DNA from: Octopus vulgaris
Taxonomy: Eukaryota
Direction: 5' to 3'
DNA: 64,000 bases
NCBI GenBank assembly: GCA_951406725.2
Contig: OX597832.1
Span: 29,264,001 to 29,328,000 of the forward strand
This document shows, in pieces, positions 1-13,865 of the stretch. Both the position numbers and the translations under genes were made by a program. The notes beneath the pieces were generated by a model. It was not told the DNA's origin and searched no databases. It saw nothing but the letters and a program-made list of their open reading frames with translations. The number at the start of each line of letters is the position of its first letter. Positions within the stretch are counted from its first letter, which is position 1.

Positions 1-55
1 TTGCAAAAGGCCCTGGTTGGAGGCCCAGCCTTCTGAGTTCTTTTACAGGGTTTAA

Positions 56-276
56 CCCTTTCGTTACCGTATTTATTTTGAGATGCTCTGTGTTTCTTTC
101 AATTACTTTAAATATAACAAAGAATTTAGTAAAATAACTTAGTTATCATTCAGCCAGTGTTAGGAACATAAATTGTGACTAAGGTTTGGTGGAAAATTTT
201 TATTCAGAATTTATGAAAACAAGAAATTTGTGCTAAAGAGCCAGAGCCAGTTTCAGCCGGGTTGGTAACGAAAGGG
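56..276. mobile_element. piggyBac-type MITE
   Basis: TTAA target duplication (52-55, 277-280) and 13-bp TIR CCCTTTCGTTACC / GGTAACGAAAGGG. Confidence 0.8.
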
Positions 277-1820
277 TTAAAAGAAACGGAAGGACTTCTG
301 CAATAAGTGTATGAATCTGAGCGGGGAATCATCATCATCGTTTAACGTCTGTTTTTCTATGCTAGCATGGGTTGGACGGTTTTACTGGGGTCTGGGAAGC
401 CAGAAAGCTGCACCAGGCTCCAGTCTGATCTGGTAGTGTTTCTACAGCTGGATGCTCTTCCTAACGCCAACCACTCCAGGAATATGTTGAGTAAAATCAT
501 AATTCAGTGATCCTCCTATATTTTCTTTCACACAAAGCCAGGAACTGTGTGTGTGTGTGTGTGTGTGTGTGCATGTTCATGACAAGTGCTCCAGCATGAC
601 TACAGTTCAGTGACTGGAAGCATGATGAAATGATGTATCACCTCCCTCTCTGCCTGAATATTTTACTTGCTGTGGTGTCTGCCTGAGGATTGCCTTCAAG
701 GAGAAAACCTTTGAGTAATGAGGTATAAAATATCTCCAACTAAAACACACACACACACACGCATGCACGCACACTTGCAACATTGAATGAAGTCTGAAGG
801 TTAACGGCATCACCAACCATTCATCCAATTATCTTCTAGCAACCGTTCCTCTGAGGAAAGGGATTCATCTAACAAGCTAAAGATAGCACCAGCCGTGCAC
901 TCATCGTAGTAAATCTGTTTGTGTAAAGCACATCAGGAGCCATTCCTCTGCCAAAACTGCTATCTTTCCCTTAATCTTTCTTACCTAATTCCAGAAACTT
1001 CTGAAGATTCTTGTTTTGGGTTAAAAAACAAAATAACAAAATTAAAGAACGTAAAAAATTAAAAAAAAAAAAAATAAAGGAAAAATCTTTTTAAACATTC
1101 CGAAAATCCTTACAAGGTTTTTGTTAAATCCCCTGGCTTGTAGGTAAGTGGGGGCAAACACTCTCTAATCTCTCTCTCTCTCTCTCTGATGAAGAACTGA
1201 TAATAATGCCAAACAGCAGCCAGTTCTGTTATCTCAGGGTTGTTTTCACAGAGAGAAAAAAACAACAAAAAAAACAAAAAAAAAACCCAGAATCCAACAA
1301 CGTAAAAGACCTGAGTTCTTCGCTTTCAGGATGAGGTGGAATCAGTGAAGGTTTTGTTGCAGAGATACAACAACAATAACAACAGCAACAATCTCAAAAT
1401 GCAAATCTGGGATATTATTTTTCTTTGCTTGTTATCTAAATAAATACACCGAGGTGGGGTGGGGGAGGGGTGGGGGGAGGGGGTAGAATGAGAATTAGTT
1501 TTATATAAAAGGCAGGGTGGTGGAGGAACAGGGTGTCGGCTGGGATAGAAGAGGAAAGAGTTGCAGGCTGAGTGGGGGGGGGGGGGGCGGTTATGCCCAT
1601 ATGTAAAAAAAGCACAGAGGAAGAATCATTATAATAACACAAACATATATAGGCGTGTACGCACACACACACACACATGCATGGATACAAGTATTAGATC
1701 CTGAGTAATCCCAATCAGGATAATCCAAAAGAACGGTTTTGGCATCCGTGTCAGTTTGATGAAAATACAGGATAAATACAGGTAAAAGACAAATGTCTAA
1801 ATTTCAAAAACAAAGTTGAA

Positions 1821-1852
<32 letters not shown>

Positions 1853-1879
1853 AATGTGTGTGTATAGATATATAAATGC

Positions 1880-1924
<45 letters not shown>

Positions 1925-2966
1925 CATTTAGTTGTTTTGGTGATTTGGCGGTGGCCATGCTGGACCACTGGCTTTAGTCAAACAAATCAAACGCCAGGAC
2001 TTATTCTTTGTAAGACTAGTACTTATTCTATCAGTCTTTTTTGCTGAACCGCTAAGTTACAGGGGATGGAAACACACTGACATCGGTTGTCAAGCAATGT
2101 AGGGTGGACAAACACAAACATATACATATCTTTCTCTCTCACTCTCCCCCTCTCTATATATATATATCTATATATGTATCATCATTATCATTTAACATCT
2201 GTTTTCTGTGCTAGCACGGGTTGGACGGTTAGACCGGGGTCTGGGAAGCCAGGAGGCTGCACCAGGCTCCAGTCTGATCTGGCAATGTTTCTATAGCTAG
2301 ATGCCTTTCCTAATGCCTACCACTTCATGAGTGTAGTGGGTGCTTTTTACATCAGGCTTCTTTCAGTTTCCATCTACCAAATCCAATCACAAGGTTTTAG
2401 TCAAGCCGAGGCTGTAATGGAAGATTCTTACCCAAGGTGCCATGCAGTGGGACTGAACCTGGAACCATGTGGTTGGGAAGCAAGCTACTTACCACACAGC
2501 CACGCCTGTGCCTATATATATCTATATATATGTATGAATGTTTTTATGTTCAGTTTTAATAAAAACAATTTTATGGTAATCTGATGGGTTACTCTGTACT
2601 TTTGTTGAGTACAAATTTATTATTCTTAAACAAAAATGTTTTTGATAGTGACTTCGAAATTTCAGCCAGTTTCAAGAACGGCTCAGCCAGCCAAATCTTC
2701 AAAGTCACTATCAATAAATATTTTGTTTAAGAATAAAAAAAATATATATACGTAAGGGGTTGTTGAAAAGCTCCTGGCTTTGGATGAAAGAAAATAGAAG
2801 AGGATCAGTTAATTATGATTTTATTCAACATATTCCCCTCTCAGATCCATGCACTTATTGCAGTAGTTCTTCAATTTTTCTAAGCCCTGTCAAAGAGTTC
2901 AGAAGGTAGGCCCCCCAATCAGGCCTTAAAGCCAGGGACTTTTCAGCAACCCTTCTTATAGCAAGA

Positions 2967-3000
<34 letters not shown>

Positions 3001-3004
<4 letters not shown>

Positions 3005-3440
3005 TTCAGTATAATTTAGATTCAGATGAATATGGTACTTAAGTTAAAGGCACCAGAATTTAGTATGGTATTATCCATATAATTTAAAATAAAGTGATTA
3101 AAATCAAAATAAGCAACAAGGATATCCAGAGGTAATGCAGTATGGTTGTTTCAAGCAACTCCATTTAATTGAAAAATGCAATTATTACATCAATTTGGAA
3201 CAGTTGATGTTGTTGATAAAACATGTTCTTCGTCTATCTACTTATCTTCTTTGCGATTTTGGATAAAAAGAAAATTATACAAATGAGTCCTTGGAATTCA
3301 ACTAAATTCTATATTTTTGTGCAGCTGAAGATTGCTCTACATTTCAAATTGATGTAATGATTGCATTGTTCAATTAAATGGAGTTGCATGAAACAATCGT
3401 ACTGCATTACCTCTGGATATCCTTGTTGCTTATTTTGATT
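3001..3440. mobile_element. Foldback element: ~100-bp leader plus inverted arms 3102-3197 / 3345-3440, in (TA)n
   Basis: Arms are near-perfect reverse complements; a second, loop-deleted copy lies at 25021-25240. Confidence 0.7.
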
Positions 3441-4122
3441 ATACATAGATATATGATTATACATAGATATATGATTATATATAGATATATGATTATATAT
3501 AGATAGGTAGATTGATAAAGATGTATGTAGATACGAGTGTGTGTGTGTGTGCACATCATCATCCTTGTTGTTCATCATCTGTTTTCCATGCTGGCATGGG
3601 TTGGACACATTATCGGGCTCTGATGAGTGAGAGTCTTAAATTTTGTCCATATTTCTACAGCTGGATGCTCCACCAGACACCTGCCGTTTTAGGGATCGGA
3701 TTGGCAGCAGGGACTTTTTTTCTTTTTCCTTTTTTTATTTTTCTTCTTTATCTCCCTGACACTAGTTTAGTCACCTTGCAACTTACAAGATTAAGGGCCT
3801 AAAAGGGCTTCTGTAAGTGAGGGAAATAGAAGAGAGGGTGTGTAATGCAGTGCGGGGGTGGTGGTGCAGTAATGAAACGGTGGGGGGGGGTGATTGGTTG
3901 TGAGGATGGTGGTGGTGGGGGGGGGGGGAATAACAGAGTAGACATTGTTGGGGAAGAAGACAGGAAAGGGATTAGTGTCAGGGGTGAGTGAGGAGGGGAG
4001 GGACAGAGTAGTAAGGGTGATCAAGTGGGTTGTTTAGGGGGAGGTGGGCCAGGGCTGGCCTACATTACAAGAACAAGAGATATGAAAGAAACACATGGTG
4101 GGTGGGGGTGGCAAGGATCTGG

Positions 4123-4156
<34 letters not shown>

Positions 4157-5989
4157 GCTTGTAGACCTGAATAAAAATTTTGGTAATGAAGTGTGTATCT
4201 TTAGAATATAGTGAACCAAAGAAGCCTTTGTGGAGCCATTCAATCTGCCAGACATAGCAACCAAATTCTTTTAAATCACATACGACCATCTTGCAAAAGG
4301 AAGAGTTACATTGTGTTGTGTAGCTTTATATTTATGGGGGGGAAAAAAATAATAATTTCCCAAAAAACTGAGGAATTTCAGAATAATCATCCATCCCCCC
4401 CCACACACACACACCCTAAATTTTAATTCGTTTTTGGAAATTACTTTGTTCCTATTTCTTAAAACAAAACATTGGAAATTAAAGAATCCTGGGGAAAAAG
4501 TACGGAAAAAAAATGTAACCTGTTTCTCGTCTTTTCTCCTGTTTCGTGTTTGTTGCACAAACATGAGACACGAGAGTTTAGATTAAATTTTCAGTCATTC
4601 ATCATCATCACCATCATCATTGTCATCAGCTGCAGCATTTAACATCCGTTTTCCAGGCTGGGTTGGATGGTTTGACTGGAACTGCACCAGGCTCCGTTTC
4701 TTCTATTCAGGCTCAATTTCTACTGCTGGATACCATTCCTGGTGCCAACCACTCCAAAGAGTATAATTGGTGCCTTTTTACACAGCATCAAGTCTTACAT
4801 AATTTTATATCCTTCTCTACGTTGGATATACAGATTTCATGAAGCAGGGATAACACACACAACTGTCTTCACACGACAGACTTCAAATTACTCCAATAAA
4901 TACAAACTCTCAACAACTTCCATGAACTCTCCATGACTCCTACAACTTCTCCATCTCAACCAATATGCTACCCTTTATTTATATGTGTGTGTCTGTGTCT
5001 GTGTATGTATATAGATATGTGTGTGTGTGTGCGTATGTATTTGTTTTGAAGTGGAATTCCTTCAAATTATTCAACCTGGGAGATTTATTATAAGATTACC
5101 GAAGGTATTCCAATAACATTTGAAATTAAAGTAATTAATTTAAGAAGTCTAAAAATACTTGAGTATGTATGTATATATATATATATACATACACACACAC
5201 ACACATACACACATATACTAGAGTGTTCCTCATCATCATATGATGGGGACCTTTGGACTTATATTTTTGACACTGAGTTATCATCAGCAAATATGGCATT
5301 CATTCAATAATAATTATTCAACTTTTATGAAATTTCTTGGTGATTCTGTAAAATTATGAATATTGATTTTCGAAAGTAAAATATTTATTGCCTTCACAAA
5401 AAGTAAATAAAACCTATTCATCATTTATAAGTTTGCAATAAATATGTGTTGCTTTTTTTTTCTTTTTTTTCTAGATTTTATCAACGTAATCACAATCTAC
5501 TCCATCGAAAATCTATCTTTGCAAAATCTCTTTCTCTCTATCTATCTATCATTCTCTCTCTCTCTATCTTTCTCTCTCTCTCTCTCTGTCTATCTTTCTA
5601 TCTATGTATCAGTCTCTCTCTCTCTCTATACACACACACACGATGTAAAGCGTGACTGCAGAAATTAACCAACCAACCAACATATGGCCTGTTATTAAAC
5701 ACACACACACACAAAGACACACACACACACACACACACACACATCATGCTAGCATAGAAAACAAGTGTTAAATGCAAACACATAAGCACATATATGGAGA
5801 TGCATTTTTGTCATCATCACCACCACCACCACCACCACCATCATCATCATCACCACCACCATCATCATCATCACCACCACTACCACCATCATCACCACCA
5901 TCATCATCATCACCACCACCATCATCATCATCATCACCACCATTATCTGTTTTGCCATCACTTCTAGAGCTGGATGCCCTTCCTAATGT

Positions 5990-6431
5990 GTGTGCATAAA
6001 TGTTTCCTTCCATTCTCAACAATCCTCTTGTGATACCCCAACCCCTCCACCCCGTGCCGTTTTGGGACACATTCTATGATTCCACATGTTCAGGGCTTGT
6101 GTGTTGCTCTCTCTAGTAAACTCTATTCGGTCTTTTCTATCATCTAAAATTGCTGACCTTTCAAGATGGATTTTCAGTTTAGGGACCAAAATGAAGTCTG
6201 CAGGGGTAACATGGCACTGAGAGGTGTGTGTGTGCTTTGATAGAGAATTAATTATGAGCAGGGGGCCATTGTTGTGATATAGTGTCTGCTTTAGGCTTGT
6301 CTTTTAGGCATCCAGTGTGGGGAGATGTATAGTCTGCTGGTTAGAGCAGCATTTCTCAACCGGGATTCCCTGGAACCCTAGGGTTCCACGAGAGAGAGAG
6401 GGTGAGATAAGCTAATGCTAATTTCATGATC

Positions 6432-6475
<44 letters not shown>

Positions 6476-6945
6476 TATATGTAAAATCCATTCTGTGTGT
6501 GTGTGTGTCTTCTAGGATCTCGGGCATCCTCCATCTGATTGCGCTCAAATTTGATATGTAGATACTAACTGTATCAGGGTGTGTATAAGTCTTGAAAAAA
6601 TTACAAAAATCTACTAAGATGTGACACAAATTTTGTTGCAACGTGATGTATCTTCATTCTTTTCAAATCGTGTGGCACCAACTTTTACCAATGCTTAATT
6701 GCTCAGAAACTTTCACAATGTGGTTGTTGTCTGCTGCCATGGAAGGCTATCCAAATATAGCATCATCTTCGGTCAATATTCTTCTCAGTTTGAAATACTG
6801 GAATCACTCGTGGCATTCTGTGAGACTCCAACAATCCATTCCAGTGGCCTCTGGTTATATTGGGAAATCTTTGCAGAACTCTTTTGCTAGTTTAACCTTT
6901 CCGATTCTTCAGACTGCTCTGTCAAATGTAATTCTTATTTACGTT
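5990..6945 (-). mobile_element. Decayed mariner transposase relic, interrupted by other repeats
   Basis: - strand fragments KLVPHDL (cf. WVPHEL) near 6665-6685 and PADFILVPKLK (cf. PxDFxLFPKLK) near 6170-6205. Confidence 0.55.
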
Positions 6946-7865
6946 GCTTTGAATTAATCCTGGAGATTTCAATGATGGGATTGTTTATTTTTAGGATGAC
7001 ATTGTAGGTTTGGTATGAGAGGTCTGATCTGTCCAGTCTGACATAAAACAGAATACTTGCTCCAGCTGGGGCCAGTTTAAATGCTAAAGGGTCAAAGCAG
7101 AAACGGTTCGATGGGGAAGTTTACGGTGATGGTGGTATGATAATGATGCGGTTTGAGGCATATATATGCTAGCATGGGTTGGACGATTTTGACTGAGGGC
7201 TAACGAACCAGACGGCCGCACCAGGCTCCAATCTTGATCTGGCAGAGTTTCTACAGCTGGATGCCCTTCCTAATGCCAGTCAGGCGATACTGGCAATGAC
7301 CTCGCTCGAATCTTTTTACACATGCCACCGGCACAGGTGCCAGTAAGGAGACGTTGGTAACGATCATGCTCAAATGGTGCCCTTTTACGACGTTGGTAAT
7401 GATCATGCTCAAATGGTGCCCTTTTACGTGCCACCGGCATGGAACCAGTTGGCTGCTCTGGCAACGATCACGCTCGGATGGTGCTCTTGGCACCCTACTA
7501 GCACGGGCACAAGTGCCAAAAAGAGGCCGCTGGTAACGATCACACTCGAATGGTGCCCTTTTATGTGCTACTGGCACAGAAGCCGGTTAGTCGCTCTGTC
7601 AATGATCACCCTTGTATGGTGCTCTCTGCACCCCGCTAGTACGGATGCCAGTCATCGAATTTGATTTTGACGACGACAGTAATTATTGATGTGATGCTGA
7701 TGCTTGTTGTGAAGATGCTGGAGTGATTATGGTGTTGATGATGGTTGTCTTTGTTGAGATGATGGCATTGGAGGTGGTGATGGTGGTTGTGGTGGTCATG
7801 GTGATTGGTGATGGAAGTTATAATGTGCCGTTCTTCTGATGAAATGTTTTTTCTCTTCATTGCAG

Positions 7866-8031
7866 ATTGAACCAACCAAGCGCTGTGCTCGCAGTCTGGC
7901 GCAGATGATGTACTGCCAGCGCTGTAACCAAGTTCCTCACAAGAAACCCTGCACAAACTATTGTATGAAAACCATTGAAGCATGTCAGCCTTATCACAAA
8001 CAGTTCAACGATGTGTGGAATGCTTATATAC
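7866..8031 (+). CDS. GPC6: Glypican (GPC4/6, dally-like class) internal exon: IEPTKRCARSLAQMMYCQRCNQVPHKKPCTNYCMKTIEACQPYHKQFNDVWNAYI
   Basis: ttgcag| acceptor and |gtaagg donor; 166 nt, phase 0->1. Cys pattern C..MMYC..C....PC.NYC......C matches the glypican core. Upstream exons lie outside the window. Confidence 0.93.
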
Positions 8032-9587
8032 GTAAGGCTTCGCTCTCCTCACCAGTTTCCTTTTTTTTTTATGTTTAACAGGACAACTTCTATGTGGTTG
8101 TGCAGCATGCCTGCAATAGCAGCTAAATCTGCCTTGAATCACCTCCAGTATTTAAGGAAGGAACAACATATTAGATAATGTAGTCCTAGTTACACTTTGG
8201 CTGAGTAAAAGAGGTGGTCATGGTTGGGTTGCTTTTGATTATATTCCAGTCTAGTCACATAAATCTAATATTGTTTCAGCACAGAACTTATTATTGAAGA
8301 AACAAGGTCAGTCAACCCCAGAATACCACTGGTATTTATGGTGACAGATTCCATCAGGATTTGAACACATGACCAGTAGATGACACTAAACACTGTGATA
8401 TATGAAAATATTGTGCTTGTTGATGTTGTTGTTTAGCCCCGAGTCAGTCCTGATCCAGCAGACCTATGATCAGAGATATTCCATCTGGTCATCTTGTCTT
8501 TTATCCAACCACAGTGTATCTAGGACTGCAACATCTCATGTTCTTTATTGTCGTTTTGCCCCAGGTCTGACCTGATCCAACAGAGCTATGATTAAAGACA
8601 TGCCACCTATGACCATCATGTCTTATGTCAGGATTACATAATGGATTACATTCTAGGATTACATCATGCAGTGTACCCCCCTTTTTTTATATGCCGCAGA
8701 ACATTAAAGAAAGATAGGAAAATATTAGATTTATAAGCCCTAAAATTCCCTCCATACTTGCCCACGGATATAAGGCGTAGTGGTTAAGAGTGCAGGCTAC
8801 TAACCGAGTCTGGCAGGGTTTTTACGGCTGGATGCCTTTCCTGACACCAACCATTCCACAGAGTGGTCTAAGTGTGCCTTTTACATGGCACCAGCACAAT
8901 GTATATGTATGTGAGTGATCCTTCAAGTTTATGGAACATGTATAGAGGAAAACTCGTGAGTGACAGTAGAGTGAAAGTACAGCTTTGAACAAACATACTC
9001 TATTACATGTATTGAGTACTCCTTTATCAGTGCATCCAAATGTAACATCTTGTGTTATATCAGACTACTAGGAAATATATAAATTTACAAACTTATCCAA
9101 CCAAACCAAACCAGGGAATAATAAAGGGAATGTTGTAATTATGTTATTTTTTTGTCACTTAATGATAGGCAAATAATTAAATTTTATGTTAGTTTAGTTT
9201 CCATAGCAACAAATTGTATTGATTTTGAATTATTAATAACACTTTAACTGGTTCTACTTCGTTAATCAAATCTCATTAACATGTTTCATATAATTATTTG
9301 AAGTTTCCACATATTAATTCTCATCATGATAATAACTATGATATTAATTTCTGACATAGCCACAAGGGGTACATGGATCCCAGTTCATGACTGGTACTTT
9401 ATTATACCAACCCCAGGAAGAGGAAAGACAAAACTTGAACCTGGCAGGAATTGAACTGAGAACATGAAAAGACATAAGTATGCTTTACACGGCACTTATA
9501 CCATTGGACTGCCATTCCATCACACCTTTATACCACCAGGCTACCAATCCTGATATTCCACTGCACTTAATAATAATAATGATGATG

Positions 9588-9619
<32 letters not shown>

Positions 9620-10619
9620 TTTTTATTTTTAACTACCTACAAGGGGCTAAACACAGAGGGAACAAACAAGGACAGACAAACGGATTAAGTCGATTACATT
9701 GGCCCCCAGTGCGTAACTGGTACTTAATTTATCGACCCCAAAAGGATGAAAGGCAAAGTCGACCTCGGTGGAATTTGAACCCAGAACGTAACGGCAGATG
9801 AAATACCGCTAAGCATTTTGCCTGGCGTGCTAACGTTTCTGCCAGCTTGCCGCCTTTAATAATAATAATAATTAATATTAATTTTTAACTTAGTCCTACA
9901 GCTAGGAATGGTAGAATTGATTATACCAATTGCCATACTTGACTGATGCCAATTTTTCCTGGTTCCAAAGATAAAAACGTGAAGTTGGATTTGTCTGAAT
10001 TTGAACTCAGAACCTAACAGTATTTGGCTAAATATTGCAAGGCCTTTGGTCCTGCCCTCCACCAATTCTACCACCTCACTTGCATTTGTTATTCTGCTTC
10101 CCACACCAGTCCTTGCTTCTCCATTATTTACAATTGTTTAGAAAAGTATTTTATTACCGAGAAGCAATGAGATTTGAAACCACATCACAGATGTTTCTTC
10201 TCATCCAGGCCATGCTGGAGCACTATGGAAGATTACATTGACCCTCCCAACATTATTTTAGGTTGAAAGGCAAAATTGATAAATAATTCATGTAAAGGAT
10301 AGAGACTTCCTTCGGTCAAAAATGACCATGGGATTGCACCTAGAAAGTTCCCCTCTGAGGCACAAGTCTGGGCAAGGTTGTTTTATGGAAGACCAGCAGT
10401 TGCCCATGTGTACCAGCTTACCCTGTTCACACCACCAATGTTATCCAAGGGAAAGGCAAAGGGGCCGATACAGCTTGGCACCAGTGATGTCACAACTCAT
10501 TCCTACAGCTGAGTGAACTGGAGCAATGTGAAGAATAAAGTGTCTTGCTCATATAATTAATATATTACTGTTAAAATCCCAGTAGGCGGAGCCATGTCCA
10601 TTGCCTCAAATAGATTTTT

Positions 10620-10735
10620 GGTAGATGGAGCCACACCCATAGTCTCTGGATACTTCCCAGGAGATGTAGCCACACCCATCATCTCTGGATACTTGGCAGG
10701 AGATATAACCACACCTGTAGACCCAGGAGGCTACC
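10620..10735. repeat. 39-bp minisatellite (GCCACACCCATAGTCTCTGGATACTT...GGAGAT), about 3 units
   Basis: Direct repeats read by eye. Confidence 0.7.
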
Positions 10736-11595
10736 AGGAAACATGTAGGGCAGTTATTTAAAAATAGCAGCATTAGTGCCAAGCAGTGATTAGAAATAAA
10801 TGAACTTAGGGTTAATTAAAATATGCTTGTGACATATTTTAATTGCTAAAGCAGTTACTTTAGAGAAAAAATTCTTTCTTATGCTAAAAAGATGTAAAAA
10901 CACAGCATTTGCCCAGTGCTTCCCTCTAGCGGATTCTCAGACTCTTCAACTTTCAGAGGGAAATACTGCAGAGATCCCTTTTTATGTTTGTATTTCCAAA
11001 CCGGCATGGGGTTGGATCATTGACCTTCATCCAGATTTTCTTGCTAACCTTAACAACACAAAACAACCAAATTTAGTGATACTGTCTGTCTTGTTTCTAA
11101 GATCTGTTTCCATATTTGGAATTTTCCTGTAATTCCGTGGATCGCTTGCTTAAGTGAATTAGGTTGTCATCACAGGCATCCAGTTTTGAACTGCTCTGTT
11201 ATCATCAGGAGACCCTTAATAAACAGGGAGTGGCTGAAGACTGGACCCTAATGGACACTTGCCCCTACTCTAAATTTCTCATTGAACCTGTTAATTATCC
11301 TCTCACCTCTGCACACATCTCACTGCCATTCCCCAGCACATGGCTTCCTTAGGAACCACCAGGCTCCTGAGAGCAGACCCCTATCAAAGCTCTTCCCTTT
11401 GTCAATGAATGCCACGTTTAGGGACTTCTTTGCTAAGAACTCCTGTCGTCGTTTCACTCGGAAGCAGGCACCGGTGGTTCCTCACCCTGACACCAACTTC
11501 AGCTGCATCCCATTCAAACTAAGTCTCTGTCAGTTGTTCTTGAAGTCTTTTCTGTTCTAACGAATCCTTTAATTAAATCTCGTTATGTTGTGCAG

Positions 11596-11726
11596 ATGCC
11601 CTGGAGAAGATAACGCAGCAACTGAATGGACCTTTCAACATAGAATCTGTTATTGATCCCATCAATGTTAAAATATCAGATGCCATCATGTCTTTCCAGA
11701 ACAAAGCAGCTGCAGTCACAGAACAA
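11596..11726 (+). CDS. GPC6: Glypican exon: (H)ALEKITQQLNGPFNIESVIDPINVKISDAIMSFQNKAAAVTEQ
   Basis: tgcag| ... |gtaagt; 131 nt, phase 1->0. GPFNIESV.DPI.VKIS.AIM is the hallmark GPC1/2/4/6 motif. Confidence 0.95.
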
Positions 11727-11794
11727 GTAAGTATGACTCTGTTAATTCTTTTAGACACTGGAATGGTCTCTGGGGTACTTCGGTTATACCTTAA

Positions 11795-11965
11795 CCCCTT
11801 ACCCAACAATTATTTTGAAAATAAATGTATTTTTTCAGACATATTTTTTAATTGTTTTATTTTACTATGTTTTGGCGAGTCTATCTTTTGACTAGTTAAC
11901 TCGCCAGAGATAGAAAAAAACGATTTTGGTCAAAACGCATATATTCGTTTCTGCCGGGTAAGGGG
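11795..11965. mobile_element. piggyBac-type MITE in a glypican intron
   Basis: TTAA at 11791-11794 and 11966-11969; TIR CCCCTTACCC / GGGTAAGGGG. Confidence 0.75.
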
Positions 11966-13109
11966 TTAATTACTGGAATGGCTTTTTCTGGAGTATTATG
12001 TTTCATCTCTGATGAGATGAATGGGATGGTTTCCTGAGTATTGGAATTGTACTCTAAATGGTATACTGTACTCTAATTGCTATATTTGCCTATTCTTTAG
12101 AGGATCGTCTGTCCCCACTTGGTGTGTTATGTAATCCCTTCTGGAATTGGTCGGAGGAGATTTTTGCCTCTTGTTTGTTGCTGACTTTTGGAAGGTTTTT
12201 GATTAATTTTGTGTATGTGGCCCCATTGCAGAGTATCGAACCAGGAGTTCCAATCCTCCTGTTCCTGTATCTGATCAACCTCTCTTCTTAAAAGAACAGG
12301 AACACATGGTAAGCCTTCCTGCCGTAATTCTAATTCTTCCCAGACAAAACTAACCCGACAGCCGGAGTCTTGTGTTTCCATGGTCATGACTGAATGGCTA
12401 AGAAGGTCGTGCCACAAACAGATGGTCTTTGGTTCAATTCCTCTGCATGCCGTCTTGGGTAAGTGTCTGATGTCACCTGCTCAGGTTGTCCTGTACCTTT
12501 TGAGTGAAACTGAGCTGGTGGAAACTATGTGGAATCCCATCAGATGGATGATAGCAATAATATAAAGGTCTAGTCTTATCATGTGATGTGTTTTGCTGAT
12601 TCTTCTGGAGAACTACATTAAAGAAACACGTCTGGTATACTCAGCCAGTTTCACACCAATTCAACATATCTTGTCAAATGAGATCCAGTTTACATTTTTA
12701 TGTTGAATTTTAAATTTTGTTGATGTTATTTCGCCGTAATGGCCAAGTTTCAATCTCACAAGTCCTTTTCATCCCTTGTCACATTTGTGGGACACAGAAG
12801 TTGATGAGGTGAAAGCTGTCTTATCTGAGTTCAAATCCTAGTAAGCCTGGATCTTGCCTCCCTAATATGAGAGAGCTCTTATTTAGCAAATGTATGATAG
12901 ATCACTTTGGCCAAAAACTTTGCTCGTATCACACCATAAAAGGGAAAAAACGCACAAGACATAATAATTGTAGATTCCTCCAAAATGACTTGGAGGATTA
13001 TGGCCGGAATGTCTGTGGTCATTGGTGTCTGCTTAATCAGGATTAACTGGGGTTAAAGACCAATGCTATCACTCTGCACAACCATGTTATACCACTACTC
13101 TATCGTATC

Positions 13110-13339
13110 TATTTCTTTACTACCCACAAGGGGCTAAACACAGAGGGGACAAACAAGGACAGACAAAGGGATTAAGTCGATTATATCGACCCCAGTGCGT
13201 AACTGGTACTTATTTAATCGACCCCGAAAGGATGAAAGGCAAAGTCGACCTCGGCAGAATTTGAACTCAGAACGTAGCGGCAGACGAAATACTGCTAAGC
13301 ATTTCGTCCGGCGTGCTAACGGTTCTGCCATCTCGCCAC
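13110..13339 (-). mobile_element. tRNA-headed SINE family A (GCCTTTCATCCTTTCGGGGTCGAT core, MetaSINE-like) with 15-bp TSD
   Basis: B box GAGTTCAAATTC; TSD CTACTCTATCGTATC at 13095-13109 / 13340-13354. Other copies ~9624-9855, 60190-60405, 63645-63862. Confidence 0.85.
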
Positions 13340-13865
13340 CTACTCTATCGTATCACTGTACTACAATACACACACACACACACACCACTAACACCACAAT
13401 ATGTCAAGACTGTGTGAATTTAATACAATTTTATTCTGTGATTCTGTAAAACGGTTTTGTGCTAAAAACAACAAAGCAAACCATTATTGGCAGAATCTGT
13501 TGAAAGAATCAGAAACTGTGTCTTGAGGTACTCATCTCTAGATCTTCACATTCCGAGTTCAAATCCACCCCAATATTCACTTTGCCTTTCATTCCTCTGG
13601 GCTTGATAAAATGAAGCATTACTCAAGTGCTGGGTTCACTGATGTCAATTAACCCCCTAATCCTTATTCCTAATCAGAAACCATGATTATTATCACCATC
13701 ATCATTATTATTATTATGGTTGGTGTTAGGAAGGGCATCCAGCTGTAGAAACATTGCCAGATAAGACCGGAGCCTGGGCAGCCTTCTGGCTTCCCAGATC
13801 CCCGGTCGAACCGTCCAACCCATGCTAGCATGGAGAACGGACGTTAAACGATGATGATGATGATG

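Noticed and set aside
5749-6070. Poly-P/S or G/D ORFs; likewise 45503-45959 and 52221-52500
   Set aside because: Trinucleotide (CAT/CAC, GAG/GAA, GAT) repeats in introns, with no splice or homology support.
7290-7660. Regularly spaced repeats superficially like a CRISPR array
   Set aside because: Internal tandem units of a SINE in a eukaryotic context; no unique spacers or cas genes.
10880-12370. Non-repetitive, coding-looking intronic stretches around the second glypican exon
   Set aside because: No recognisable motifs or consistent frame; probably old transposon debris, unassignable without a search.
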